Below, piece after piece: positions 28,150 through 36,284 of a DNA stretch of 40,000 nucleotides (the stretch's first letter is position 1; each line of letters starts with the position of its first letter). The notes beneath the pieces are model-generated. The model made no database searches, was not told where the DNA came from, and worked only from the letters and a program-made list of their open reading frames with translations. The position numbers were made by a program, and so were the translations under genes. Origin of the DNA: Aphanothece sacrum FPU1 (GTDB taxonomy: Bacteria; Cyanobacteriota; Cyanobacteriia; Cyanobacteriales; Microcystaceae). The stretch spans positions 440,676-480,675 of the forward strand of contig NZ_BDQK01000001.1 in assembly GCF_003864295.1 (NCBI RefSeq). The letters run 5' to 3'.

Positions 28150-28333
28150 GGAGAGCAGGGAGCAGGGAGCAGGGAGCAGGGAGCAGGGAGCAGGGGAGCA
28201 GGGGGAGTAGGGGAGAAGAAAAATTGTCTTATTGTCCCATCATCCCATCATCCCATCACCCCATCACCCGATTACCCCATCACCCCATCACCCCATCACC
28301 CCATCATCCCATCATCCCATCATCCCATTACCC
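28149..28333. repeat. (GGGAGCA)x6-plus G-tract array followed by (CCCATCA/CCCCATCA)x~13 C-tract array
   Basis: The G-tract array spans 28149-28216 and starts at the last base of the nifE stop (TAG 28147-28149). The C-tract array spans 28236-28333 and ends 20 nt before the nifN ATG. Confidence 0.95.
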
Positions 28334-28352
28334 AACAGAAGGAGGAACGGAA

Positions 28353-29735
28353 ATGACCACTATTTTAAGTCCCAATAAGTCTCTATCAGTCAACCCCTTA
28401 AAAATGAGTCAACCTTTAGGCGCGGCCTTAGCGTTCTTAGGGTTAAAAGGAATGATGCCTTTATTTCATGGGGCCCAAGGTTGTACAGCCTTTGCTAAAG
28501 TAGTCTTAGTTCGTCATTTCCGTGAATCAATTCCCTTGTCTACCACTGCTATGACGGAAGTAAGTACCATTTTAGGGGGTGAAGACCATGTTGAGCAAGC
28601 TATCTTAACAATTGTTGACAAATATAAACCTCAAGTTATTGGTTTGTTAACTACAGGGTTAACGGAAACGAGAGGGGATGATATGGGAGGTATTCTCCAG
28701 GTAATTCGAGAACGTAACCCCAAATTAAACAATTTACCCATTATTTTCGTTTCTACTCCTGATTATAAAGGATCGTTACAAGATGGGTATACAGCCGCCA
28801 TAGAAAGCATTGTTTCTACGGACTATGGGTCTTTCACCCCTGACCAACCGTTGATGGCTTCTGTGGGGATGCAGCCTCAAGTGACCATTCTGTGTAGTTC
28901 CTCTTTATCTCCTGGAGATGTGGAAGAACTCAAAGCGATCGTGGAAGGATTTGGCTTAACTCCTATCATGATACCCGATCTGTCTCGTTCTTTGGATGGT
29001 CACTTAGAAGATAATCCTCATACGGTAACAACAGGGGGAACCACATTAACCCAACTGCAACAATTAAACCGTTCTTGCTTTACTTTAGCGGTTGGGGAAA
29101 GTATGCGCAAAGCAGCCCAAATTTTAGAACAACGGTTTGGGACTAAATATGAGGTTTTCTCCCGTTTAGCGGGGTTAGATGGAGTAGATGCCTTTTTATG
29201 GCGACTCTCTCAGATTATTACTTCCCGTTGTGATCATCATTTCCCCATTATCCCCAATATTCCGGCCTATCTGCAACGTCAACGCCGTCAGCTACAAGAT
29301 ACTATCCTCGATACTCACTTCTATTTTGGGGGCAAAAAGGTAGTTTTAGCTTTAGAACCGGATTTACTGCACCAAACCGCCTGGTTATTAAATTCTATGG
29401 GGGCTAAAATCCAAGGGGCTGTTACAACGACAAAATCCCCCTTATTAGAAGATTTACCCATAGAAACGGTAATAATCGGGGATTTAGAAGATTTAGAAGA
29501 TTTGGCTGTCGGCTGTGACCTGGTGATTACCAATTCTCATGGCGGCCCCATTGCCAAACGACTCCATGCCCCATTGTATCGTATGGGATATCCCGTATTT
29601 GATCAATTAGGCAATGGTCAACGATGTTTAGTAGGTTATCGAGGAACGATGCAATTTCTTTTTGATGTGGGTAATATTTTACTCGAAGAAGAAGTTAAAC
29701 ATAGTCCTTGTTCATCTACCTATGTTAATAGTTAA
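28353..29735 (+). CDS. nifN: NifN FeMo-cofactor scaffold subunit
   Basis: MTTILSPNKSLSVNPLKMSQPLGAALAFLGLKGMMPLFHGAQGCTAF with GGAGGA 7 nt upstream of ATG 28353. The ORF-track start (TTG 28224) merely translates the CCCATCA array. Confidence 0.93.
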   Translation: MTTILSPNKSLSVNPLKMSQPLGAALAFLGLKGMMPLFHGAQGCTAFAKVVLVRHFRESIPLSTTAMTEVSTILGGEDHVEQAILTIVDKYKPQVIGLLTTGLTETRGDDMGGILQVIRERNPKLNNLPIIFVSTPDYKGSLQDGYTAAIESIVSTDYGSFTPDQPLMASVGMQPQVTILCSSSLSPGDVEELKAIVEGFGLTPIMIPDLSRSLDGHLEDNPHTVTTGGTTLTQLQQLNRSCFTLAVGESMRKAAQILEQRFGTKYEVFSRLAGLDGVDAFLWRLSQIITSRCDHHFPIIPNIPAYLQRQRRQLQDTILDTHFYFGGKKVVLALEPDLLHQTAWLLNSMGAKIQGAVTTTKSPLLEDLPIETVIIGDLEDLEDLAVGCDLVITNSHGGPIAKRLHAPLYRMGYPVFDQLGNGQRCLVGYRGTMQFLFDVGNILLEEEVKHSPCSSTYVNS

Positions 29736-29803
29736 TAGTTGATAGTTAATGGTTAACAGCTATTAACTACCAACTCGTAACTATCAACTGCCAACGACTA
29801 CTT
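29724..29803. repeat. Inverted heptamer arms (TAGTTAA-type / TTAACTA-type) spanning the nifN stop
   Basis: gttaatagttaatagttgatagttaatggttaacagctattaactaccaactcgtaactatcaactgccaac. The inner stem TAGTTAAT/ATTAACTA is perfect and the outer pairing is imperfect. Confidence 0.9.
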
Positions 29804-29825
29804 ATTATCTCTAGGAGGAACGGAA

Positions 29826-30221
29826 ATGAAAGTTGCTTTTACGACCAGTGATAATGTTCATGTTAATGCCCATTTTGGTTCAGCTAGTCAAATTGCCCTC
29901 TATGATGTTTCTCCCAATGGGTTTAACTTTGTTAATACCTTGAAGTTTAACGGAGAATTAAAAGAAGATGGGAACGAAGATAAATTAGTTCCTAAAATCG
30001 AGGCTTTAAACGGTTGTACTTTAATCTATGTTTCTGCTATTGGAGGTAGTGCTGCAGCCCGTTTAATTCGTAAAAATGTAACCCCAATTAAAGCTCGTAC
30101 CGAAGATGATAAAATTGATGAAATTCTTGGTGAATTAGTCAAAACCTTAAAAGGAAATCCTCCTCCCTGGTTACGCAAAGTTCTACAACAAGAATCACAA
30201 CCTGTCAGTTTTGAAGACTAG
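29826..30221 (+). CDS. nifX: NifX
   Basis: MKVAFTTSDNVHVNAHFGSA... dinitrogenase FeMo-cofactor-binding fold, positioned after nifN. Confidence 0.92.
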   Translation: MKVAFTTSDNVHVNAHFGSASQIALYDVSPNGFNFVNTLKFNGELKEDGNEDKLVPKIEALNGCTLIYVSAIGGSAAARLIRKNVTPIKARTEDDKIDEILGELVKTLKGNPPPWLRKVLQQESQPVSFED

Positions 30222-30337
30222 GAATAGTAAATAGTAAATAGTGAATAGTTAATAGTGAATAGTTAATCAATACTCACTATCAACTATTAACTAAAAACCA
30301 TCAACTATCAACTATCAATTACTAACCATCAACTACT
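30222..30337. repeat. Inverted heptamer arms (AATAGTA/AATAGTG/AATAGTT then CACTATC/AACTATT/AACTATC) filling the nifX-DUF269 spacer
   Basis: Read directly. The spacer is repeat-derived from the base after the nifX stop to the base before the next ATG. Confidence 0.95.
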
Positions 30338-30814
30338 ATGACAACGACAACTCAAAATCCTGAAACATCTCCTAGTTTAATTGCAGAAAGTCTATTTCTA
30401 CAAGAATTAGTCCGTCAAATTCGCGCCTTTGATCACTATGGATTTTATCGAAGTTGGTCTGATGAATTAGTTCTGTCTCCTTTCATCATAGCTAAGAAGA
30501 AAAGACGGGAAATTTCCTTAGAAGGAGATGTTGACCCTACCACAAAAATGAGAATTCTCTGTTTCTATCGTGCCATTGCTTCTTTGATTGAAAAAGAAAC
30601 CGGACAATTATGTCAAGTGGTGGTAGATTTAAACCATGAAGGCTTTGGTTGGGTATTAATTTGGTGTGGTCGTTTAATGGTAGTCACTCGTACCTTAAGA
30701 GATGCTCATCGCTTTGGTTTTGAAACCATGGAATCTTTAGCAGAACAAGGGAAAAATTTAACAGCTTCCGGCGTTGAAATGGTTAAACGTTTTCCTGAAG
30801 TTGCTCAATTTTAA
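30338..30814 (+). CDS. NifX-associated nitrogen fixation protein (DUF269 family)
   Basis: 158 aa. SWSDELVLSPFIIAKKKRREISLEGDVDPTT...FYRAIA pattern and conserved position after nifX. Confidence 0.85.
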   Translation: MTTTTQNPETSPSLIAESLFLQELVRQIRAFDHYGFYRSWSDELVLSPFIIAKKKRREISLEGDVDPTTKMRILCFYRAIASLIEKETGQLCQVVVDLNHEGFGWVLIWCGRLMVVTRTLRDAHRFGFETMESLAEQGKNLTASGVEMVKRFPEVAQF

Positions 30815-30830
30815 CTGAGGAATAAGGACT

Positions 30831-31064
30831 ATGGTACAAATTATCAATTCCCTACCAACACCGGAAACTGTTGCTGATCTCAAAACCAAAATTCGGCGAC
30901 TAAATTCTCAAGCTGGTCAATCAAAAATGGACTTGCATGATCTCGCAGAAGGACTACCTACAGATTATGAAACTCTCCTAGAACAAGCCCAAAAAACTTA
31001 CGATATCTATCGTGAACTAGATCAACTGAAACAACAACTCAAACAATGGGAGGAAACCCTATAA
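30831..31064 (+). CDS. Small nif-cluster protein (DUF683 / CCE_0567-like)
   Basis: 77 aa and helical. The size and position between the DUF269 gene and nifW match the DUF683 family as I recall it. Confidence 0.7.
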   Translation: MVQIINSLPTPETVADLKTKIRRLNSQAGQSKMDLHDLAEGLPTDYETLLEQAQKTYDIYRELDQLKQQLKQWEETL

Positions 31065-31399
31065 TGACTGCTACTCCACAAACTTTAGTTGGCTTCAAAA
31101 GCTTAATCGATACCGAAGAATTTTTAGACTTTTTTGGCATTGAATACGACCCTACTTTTGTCAATGTCAATCGTCTACATATTCTCAAACAATTTTCTCT
31201 CTTAATTGCTGAAATTGATGAAGTTTTCGGTGACTTAACTGAAGCTGAAAAATTGGCTAAATATGGTGAAGCTTTTGAAGAAGCTTACGAACTTTTCAAA
31301 ACGTCTAGTCCCATAGAAACCAGACTGTTTAAAGTCTTCAAAGATAAGGCCAAAAACTTTGTTTCCTTAGACGAAATAAGCACAGAAGCTGGAGTTTAA
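31064..31399 (+). CDS. nifW: NifW
   Basis: FLDFFGIEYDPTFVNVNRLHILKQF is the NifW signature. ATG 31064 (TAATG overlap with the upstream stop) is preferred over ATG 31046. Confidence 0.9.
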   Translation: MTATPQTLVGFKSLIDTEEFLDFFGIEYDPTFVNVNRLHILKQFSLLIAEIDEVFGDLTEAEKLAKYGEAFEEAYELFKTSSPIETRLFKVFKDKAKNFVSLDEISTEAGV

Positions 31400-31407
31400 T
31401 TAAGATC

Positions 31408-32226
31408 ATGGAATTCACCCCTACTGAACTAGAACGCTATTCCCGACAAATACAACTTCCTGGTTTTGGCCAAGAAGGACAAAAACGCCTCAAGGACTCC
31501 ACTGCCGTCGTTACTGGAGTCGGGGGACTCGGCGGCACTGTAGCCCTTTATTTGGCTGTTGCTGGCGTAGGTAAATTAATTCTCGTTCGTGGGGGTGATT
31601 TGCGCCTTGATGACCTCAATCGTCAAATTTTGATGACTAATGCTTGGGTAGGTCAACCCAGAGTCTTTAAGGCTAGGGAAACCCTCTTAAATATTAACCC
31701 AGAAATCGAAATTGAGGCGGTTCACGAATTTGTCACCCCTGACAATGTGGATGCTTTAGTACAACAGGCTGATATTGCCTTTGACTGTGCCTTTGATTTT
31801 ACGGAACGGAATCTCCTCAATGCTGCTTGTGTGCGGTGGGGGGTTCCGATGGTGGAAGCAGCTATGAGTGGCATGGATGCGTACTTAACCACCATTATTC
31901 CTGGGGAAACTCCTTGTTTATCTTGTATTTTCCCAGAAAAACCAGATTGGGATCGATGGGGATTTGGGGTTTTAGGCGCAGTTTCAGGAACTTTAGCCTG
32001 TTTAGCTGCCTTAGAAGGAATTAAACTCCTCACTGGCCTCGGAGAACCCTTAACGGGTCAACTTTTGACGATGGACTTGGGCAGCGCAACTTTTGCTAAA
32101 CGTCGTCCTTATCATGATCCTAATTGTCCGGTTTGTGGGCATTTTACCCAACAACGGTTAATGAGTTACGTCGGAAAGCAAAAGGCACAAGTTCAGAATT
32201 ATGAATTCATAATTCATAATTCATAA
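31408..32226 (+). CDS. hesA: HesA (ThiF/MoeB-family adenylyltransferase)
   Basis: RYSRQIQLPGFGQEGQKRL, GVGGLGG nucleotide loop and CxxC pairs (CLSC, CPVC). The last ~9 codons lie in the TTCATAA array. Confidence 0.92.
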   Translation: MEFTPTELERYSRQIQLPGFGQEGQKRLKDSTAVVTGVGGLGGTVALYLAVAGVGKLILVRGGDLRLDDLNRQILMTNAWVGQPRVFKARETLLNINPEIEIEAVHEFVTPDNVDALVQQADIAFDCAFDFTERNLLNAACVRWGVPMVEAAMSGMDAYLTTIIPGETPCLSCIFPEKPDWDRWGFGVLGAVSGTLACLAALEGIKLLTGLGEPLTGQLLTMDLGSATFAKRRPYHDPNCPVCGHFTQQRLMSYVGKQKAQVQNYEFIIHNS

Positions 32227-32250
32227 TTTAGAATTTATAATTCATAATTT
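32195..32250. repeat. TTCATAA-family heptamer array overlapping the hesA 3' end
   Basis: agaattatgaattcataattcataattcataatttagaatttataattcataattt. It contains the 14-bp palindrome TTATGAATTCATAA. Confidence 0.95.
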
Positions 32251-32266
32251 CTATCAGGAGGTATCA

Positions 32267-32626
32267 ATGACAGTTACTCTAACAGAAAAAGCAGCATTTC
32301 GACTTCGCTCTTTTTTAAGAGGCGAAACCCCCAAAGTAAGCGGTATTAGAGTTGGGGTGATTAATGGAGGCTGCAATGGTCGTGAATATTCCTTAAATTT
32401 GGTCAGTGAACCTAAGACCGATGACTTGGTATTTGAACAAGATAGAGTTCCCATTTATGTGGATTCTAATAGTTCTACTTTGTTAAGTGGGGTTGTCATT
32501 GACTTTGTTGAAAGTTTAACCCAAAGTGGCTTTACTTTTAGTAATCCAAATGCAAGTAATACTTGTGGCTGTGGTAAGTCTTTCTCAACATCAGATTGTT
32601 CCAGTCAAGCATCATCTTGCGGCTAA
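32267..32626 (+). CDS. hesB: HesB (IscA-type Fe-S assembly protein)
   Basis: GGCNG...NPNASNTCGCGKSF IscA/HesB signature, with CAGGAGG upstream of the ATG. Confidence 0.92.
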   Translation: MTVTLTEKAAFRLRSFLRGETPKVSGIRVGVINGGCNGREYSLNLVSEPKTDDLVFEQDRVPIYVDSNSSTLLSGVVIDFVESLTQSGFTFSNPNASNTCGCGKSFSTSDCSSQASSCG

Positions 32627-32712
32627 AAAGTTTTGATTGTTTTATCGTTTTTTTTCTGTGAAAACGGTAACATATCAATTGTCAACGTTCCATTCCTGGA
32701 GAACAAGAAAAC

Positions 32713-33087
32713 ATGACTACAACCTACAAAGTTCGTCTCACCAAAGTTGTTAAAAGAAAAAATCAAGAGACGGGAAAGAAAGAAGAATTCACGGAAATGG
32801 ATCTTACTTTAGATGTTCCTGAGGATAAGTATATCCTTGAAGCGTTTGAAGATGCCATTAACGACGATGAAATTCAATACCCTGATGGTATTGATGAGTT
32901 GCCTTCTTCTTGTCGTTCAGGTTCTTGTTCTAGTTGCTTAGGCAGAATAGTAGAAGGAACAGTTAATCAAGAAGACCAAAGCTTTTTGGATGATGAGCAA
33001 ATGGAGAAAGGATGGGTACTTCTTTGTGTTGCTTATCCTACCTCAGATTGCATCATTAAAACTCACCAAGAAGCCAATCTTGGTTAA
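32713..33087 (+). CDS. fdxH: Plant-type [2Fe-2S] ferredoxin, FdxH-position, with two insertions
   Basis: CRSGSCSSC...[10 protein letters not shown] cluster motif and YKV N-terminus. At 124 aa it is about 25 aa longer than the canonical ~99 aa. Confidence 0.85.
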   Translation: MTTTYKVRLTKVVKRKNQETGKKEEFTEMDLTLDVPEDKYILEAFEDAINDDEIQYPDGIDELPSSCRSGSCSSCLGRIVEGTVNQEDQSFLDDEQMEKGWVLLCVAYPTSDCIIKTHQEANLG

Positions 33088-33099
33088 GTTAAACTAACA

Positions 33100-33155
33100 C
33101 AGTGAACAGTTATCAAAACTTTTAACTGATAACTGATAACTGATAACTGTTAAAC
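33100..33155. repeat. Composite GTGAACA - (AACTGAT)x4 module after fdxH
   Basis: cagtgaacagttatcaaaacttttaactgataactgataactgataactgttaaac is near-identical to 23050-23110. AACAGTTATC and GATAACTGTT are a perfect 10-bp inverted repeat. Confidence 0.95.
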
Positions 33156-33293
33156 ACCTTCATCCATCTGCTGGGGAAGTCGTTGTCACCCATAGACTAC
33201 GACTTCTCACCCTTTATCTTTGACTTTTGAAGGAAAACATAATTATGGATGTTACCCTAATTAACCCTAACAATAATTGGATTGAGGTCAGTC

Positions 33294-33674
33294 ATGGACT
33301 TAAAGTGGAAAATATTTTTATTCAAAACTATCTTTTGGATTATGGGGGAAGTTTTACTCAACGTTTTAGGCTTGGATAATGTGGCAGATTATAGCGAATT
33401 TATTTTCGGTCAAGAGATGGAATTATCTAAGAAAAATAACCGCATGGTTAAACTTTCTTGTCTCAAACCTAAATTCTGCCCCAAAATAAATGAAAATTGT
33501 CCGGTTAATGAAGTCGCTTTTCAATTTTCTGAGGCTCCCATAGATGACTGTATTAGTCAGCATAGCGTCTTTTTCAATAAATGTGTGAAGGTTAAACACC
33601 ATTGCATTAAAGCGTCTCTATTTTCTGATTTATCCTATAGTTCTCATCACAAGGAGTCGCCAGATGATTCGTGA
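33294..33674 (+). CDS. Hypothetical Cys-rich protein with N-terminal hydrophobic helix
   Basis: ATG 33294 (the ORF track uses TTG 33282). Helix IFLFKTIFWIMGEVLLNVLGL, and 7 Cys in the C-terminal two-thirds. No family recognised. Confidence 0.45.
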   Translation: MDLKWKIFLFKTIFWIMGEVLLNVLGLDNVADYSEFIFGQEMELSKKNNRMVKLSCLKPKFCPKINENCPVNEVAFQFSEAPIDDCISQHSVFFNKCVKVKHHCIKASLFSDLSYSSHHKESPDDS

Positions 33675-34020
33675 AAGATTAGTTCAAGAATATCTCGAAA
33701 TTATTAATCGATATTATCCTAAAGTTGGTGACTTATTGAAGGATTGTCATGTGACTTTGTGTCAAGTTTCTCTGAGAAAATCTAGAGAAAATCATTATTA
33801 TTATTTGGCAATTTATTATTCATCCCCTAGAAGTAAAACTGTTGTATCTTATCAAAACGAACTCAAGGAAGTTGCAGAAAATTTAGGCTTAGTAGATGTC
33901 ACATTTTTGAATGCTAAAACCTTGATTCGTGATCCTCTTTCTCAACTTAAACAACAAAATCCTCGTCTGTGGTTAGAGTTATATTGGCTTGTTAATTTGA
34001 ACTCTGAACCCCTAAGATAA
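33664..34020 (+). CDS. Hypothetical protein (118 aa)
   Basis: ORF overlapping the previous one by 11 nt. No family recognised. Confidence 0.45.
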   Translation: MIRERLVQEYLEIINRYYPKVGDLLKDCHVTLCQVSLRKSRENHYYYLAIYYSSPRSKTVVSYQNELKEVAENLGLVDVTFLNAKTLIRDPLSQLKQQNPRLWLELYWLVNLNSEPLR

Positions 34021-34225
34021 TTGATTTATTCAAAGAAATATTTAACTTTAGGCTCTTGATTAAACTGAGTTGAATAATTACCCAAAACTATTACGTTAAG
34101 GAAGTAATTATTTAGCTCAGATTTTTTATATATAAACTTAAATGATTATGTAAAATATGTATATCTAGTTACGGTTTGTGATATAAAAAATTATTATAAT
34201 AATAGTTAGGTACAAAGGATTAAAT

Positions 34226-34852
34226 ATGAAATGTAATTCCTGTCCTGATAGTTGTGAAACCAAGTCCAATAAACCGAAGCAAAAAAGTAGACGTTTTTGG
34301 GCAAAACAAACAACTAAACCATCTCCTCCCCCTAGTAATCATCCTACTATTATTTTAGTAGGTTCTCCTAATGTGGGAAAAAGTCTACTGTTTAATGTAT
34401 TAACAGGTTCTTACGTTTCCGTAGGTAACTATCCTGGTACTACAGTAGAAGTTTCACGCAGTCATACCATTATTGGGGGACAAACAGTAACAATGATAGA
34501 TACTCCTGGAATGTATTCTTTAGTTTCTTTAACCGAAGAAGAAAAGTTCTCCAGAAATTTATTATTTACTGAAAAAATTGATTTGGTCATTCATGTTATT
34601 GATGCCAAAAATGTGAGTAGAATGTTACCCCTAACGTTTCAATTAATTGAAACTCAGATCCCTATTATTTTAGCAGTCAATATGATTGATGAAGCTGAAA
34701 AATTAGGAATTTGGGTTAATGAGAAACAATTAGAGGCTTCTTTGGGAATCTCAGTTGTTACCCTCTCAGCCATCCAAAAACGTGGGATTCAAACTCTAAC
34801 TAATAAGGTGGCAAATCATGTCTTTATTCCTTCGTTATCCTACAGCTATTGA
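34226..34852 (+). CDS. feoB: FeoB N-terminal GTPase domain (separate ORF) with Cys-rich N-terminal extension
   Basis: G1 GSPNVGKS, G3 DTPG and G4 NMID motifs. About 45 aa precede G1, including CNSCPDSC. The ORF ends in the G-domain/helical-domain linker. Confidence 0.85.
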   Translation: MKCNSCPDSCETKSNKPKQKSRRFWAKQTTKPSPPPSNHPTIILVGSPNVGKSLLFNVLTGSYVSVGNYPGTTVEVSRSHTIIGGQTVTMIDTPGMYSLVSLTEEEKFSRNLLFTEKIDLVIHVIDAKNVSRMLPLTFQLIETQIPIILAVNMIDEAEKLGIWVNEKQLEASLGISVVTLSAIQKRGIQTLTNKVANHVFIPSLSYSY

Positions 34853-36284
34853 AGAAGGGATTACTAAAATTGAGTCCCTACTCAGCAAAAATAAAGTCAT
34901 TATGTCGATGACTGTTAATTCTTCAGTTTCTCGACGCTCTTTAGCCTTATTACTACTCCAAAAAGAACCCATTTTTTGGAAAAAAATACAACAACAAGAA
35001 CCTTATATTGTTGAAATTGAATCTGTTATACAGTCAGTTCAATCTCAATTTAGTGATCCCTTAATTTTAGTGATTGCTAAAACTCGCCATCAGATGGCCA
35101 GAAAAATAGAAGAATCTGCTGTTGTTAAGCTCAAGAAAAAATCCCCTGAAGGAGAAGATTTTTTCCATCAATTAACGGTCAATCCTATTACGGGTTTTCC
35201 CTTACTTATTTTTGTCCTTTATTTTGGTATTTATAAATTTGTTGGGGAGTTTGGGGCTGGAATTTTAGTGAATCAAATCGAAGGATTTTTTGCTAACAAT
35301 ATTAATCCTGTCGTTAATCAAATAACGGCTCAATTTTTACCTTGGAAGATCGCGCAAGATTTAATTGCCAATGATTATGGTATTATTACATTAGGAGTTC
35401 GCTATGCGATCGCTATTATTTTTCCGATTGTAACTACTTTCTTTTTAGTCTTGTCTTTACTAGAAGATAGTGGTTATCTGCCTCGAATTTCCTTGTTAGT
35501 GGATCGTTTATTTAAACCACTTGGACTTTCAGGACGTGCCATTATTCCTCTTATTTTGGGGCTAGGATGTGGGACAATGGCAACTTTAGTGACTCGCACT
35601 TTAGAAAGTAAAAGAGAAAGATTTATTGCTACTCTTTTATTAGCATTGGTCATCCCTTGTTCGGCTCAATTAGGCATTATTTTAGGGTTACTTTCTCAAA
35701 ATCCTTTAGCCTTAACAATTTGGCTAGGATGTCTTGGAATTGTCTTCTTAGGAGTAGGGATATTAACAGCAAAAGTTATCCCTGGTAATATGTCCTCATT
35801 TTATATGGAAATTCCCCCTTTACGTTGGCCTCATCCGATGGGAATTGTCAGTAAAACCTATGGCCGTGTTAAATGGTATATTAAAGAAATTACTGGCTTA
35901 TTTATTTTAGCATCTATCTTTATTTGGATAGGAAAATTAACTGGAATCTTTGAATTATTAGTTAACTTACTCAATCCAATTATGATAGATTTAGGATTAC
36001 CTAAAGATGCTGCTTCTGTGTTTTTGTATGGATTTTTCCGTCGAGATTATGGGGCAGCCGGAATGTTTGATTTATATAATTCTGGTATTTTAGACGGGCG
36101 ACAATTAGTTGTAACTGCTGTTACTCTAACCTTATTTATTCCTTGTATTGCTCAATTTCAATCTCTTTTGAGAGAACAGGGACTTAAAACTACTCTAGGT
36201 ATGACTAGCTTCATTCTTACTTTTGCCTTTTGTATTGGCTATTCTCTCAATCAATTATTACTAATTTTCGAGGTAAGTTTCTAA
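34818..36284 (+). CDS. feoB: FeoB helical and membrane (gate) domains (separate ORF, +1 frame relative to the G-domain ORF)
   Basis: LEDSGYLPRISLLVDRLFKPLGLSGRAIIPLILGLGC is the FeoB gate motif. It is colinear with full-length FeoB right after the G domain. ATG 34818 is preceded by AAGGTGG. Confidence 0.85.
   Translation: MSLFLRYPTAIEEGITKIESLLSKNKVIMSMTVNSSVSRRSLALLLLQKEPIFWKKIQQQEPYIVEIESVIQSVQSQFSDPLILVIAKTRHQMARKIEESAVVKLKKKSPEGEDFFHQLTVNPITGFPLLIFVLYFGIYKFVGEFGAGILVNQIEGFFANNINPVVNQITAQFLPWKIAQDLIANDYGIITLGVRYAIAIIFPIVTTFFLVLSLLEDSGYLPRISLLVDRLFKPLGLSGRAIIPLILGLGCGTMATLVTRTLESKRERFIATLLLALVIPCSAQLGIILGLLSQNPLALTIWLGCLGIVFLGVGILTAKVIPGNMSSFYMEIPPLRWPHPMGIVSKTYGRVKWYIKEITGLFILASIFIWIGKLTGIFELLVNLLNPIMIDLGLPKDAASVFLYGFFRRDYGAAGMFDLYNSGILDGRQLVVTAVTLTLFIPCIAQFQSLLREQGLKTTLGMTSFILTFAFCIGYSLNQLLLIFEVSF

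Noticed and set aside
28224-28352. 43-codon N-terminal extension of NifN (…HHPITPSPHHPIIPSSH…)
   Set aside because: This is a translation of the CCCATCA heptamer array from a TTG codon. The true start is ATG 28353, which has a GGAGGA ribosome-binding site.
33245-33370. Short ATG ORF (about 40 codons, MDVTLINPNNNWIEV...) upstream of and overlapping the 33294 gene in another frame
   Set aside because: It is below any reasonable evidence threshold, with no ribosome-binding site or motif, and it overlaps a longer ORF.
34180-34198. Fur-box-like sequence GATATAAAAAATTATTATA upstream of feoB (13/19 to GATAATGATAATCATTATC)
   Set aside because: The surrounding 200 bp is extremely AT-rich, so this level of match is not significant without binding data.
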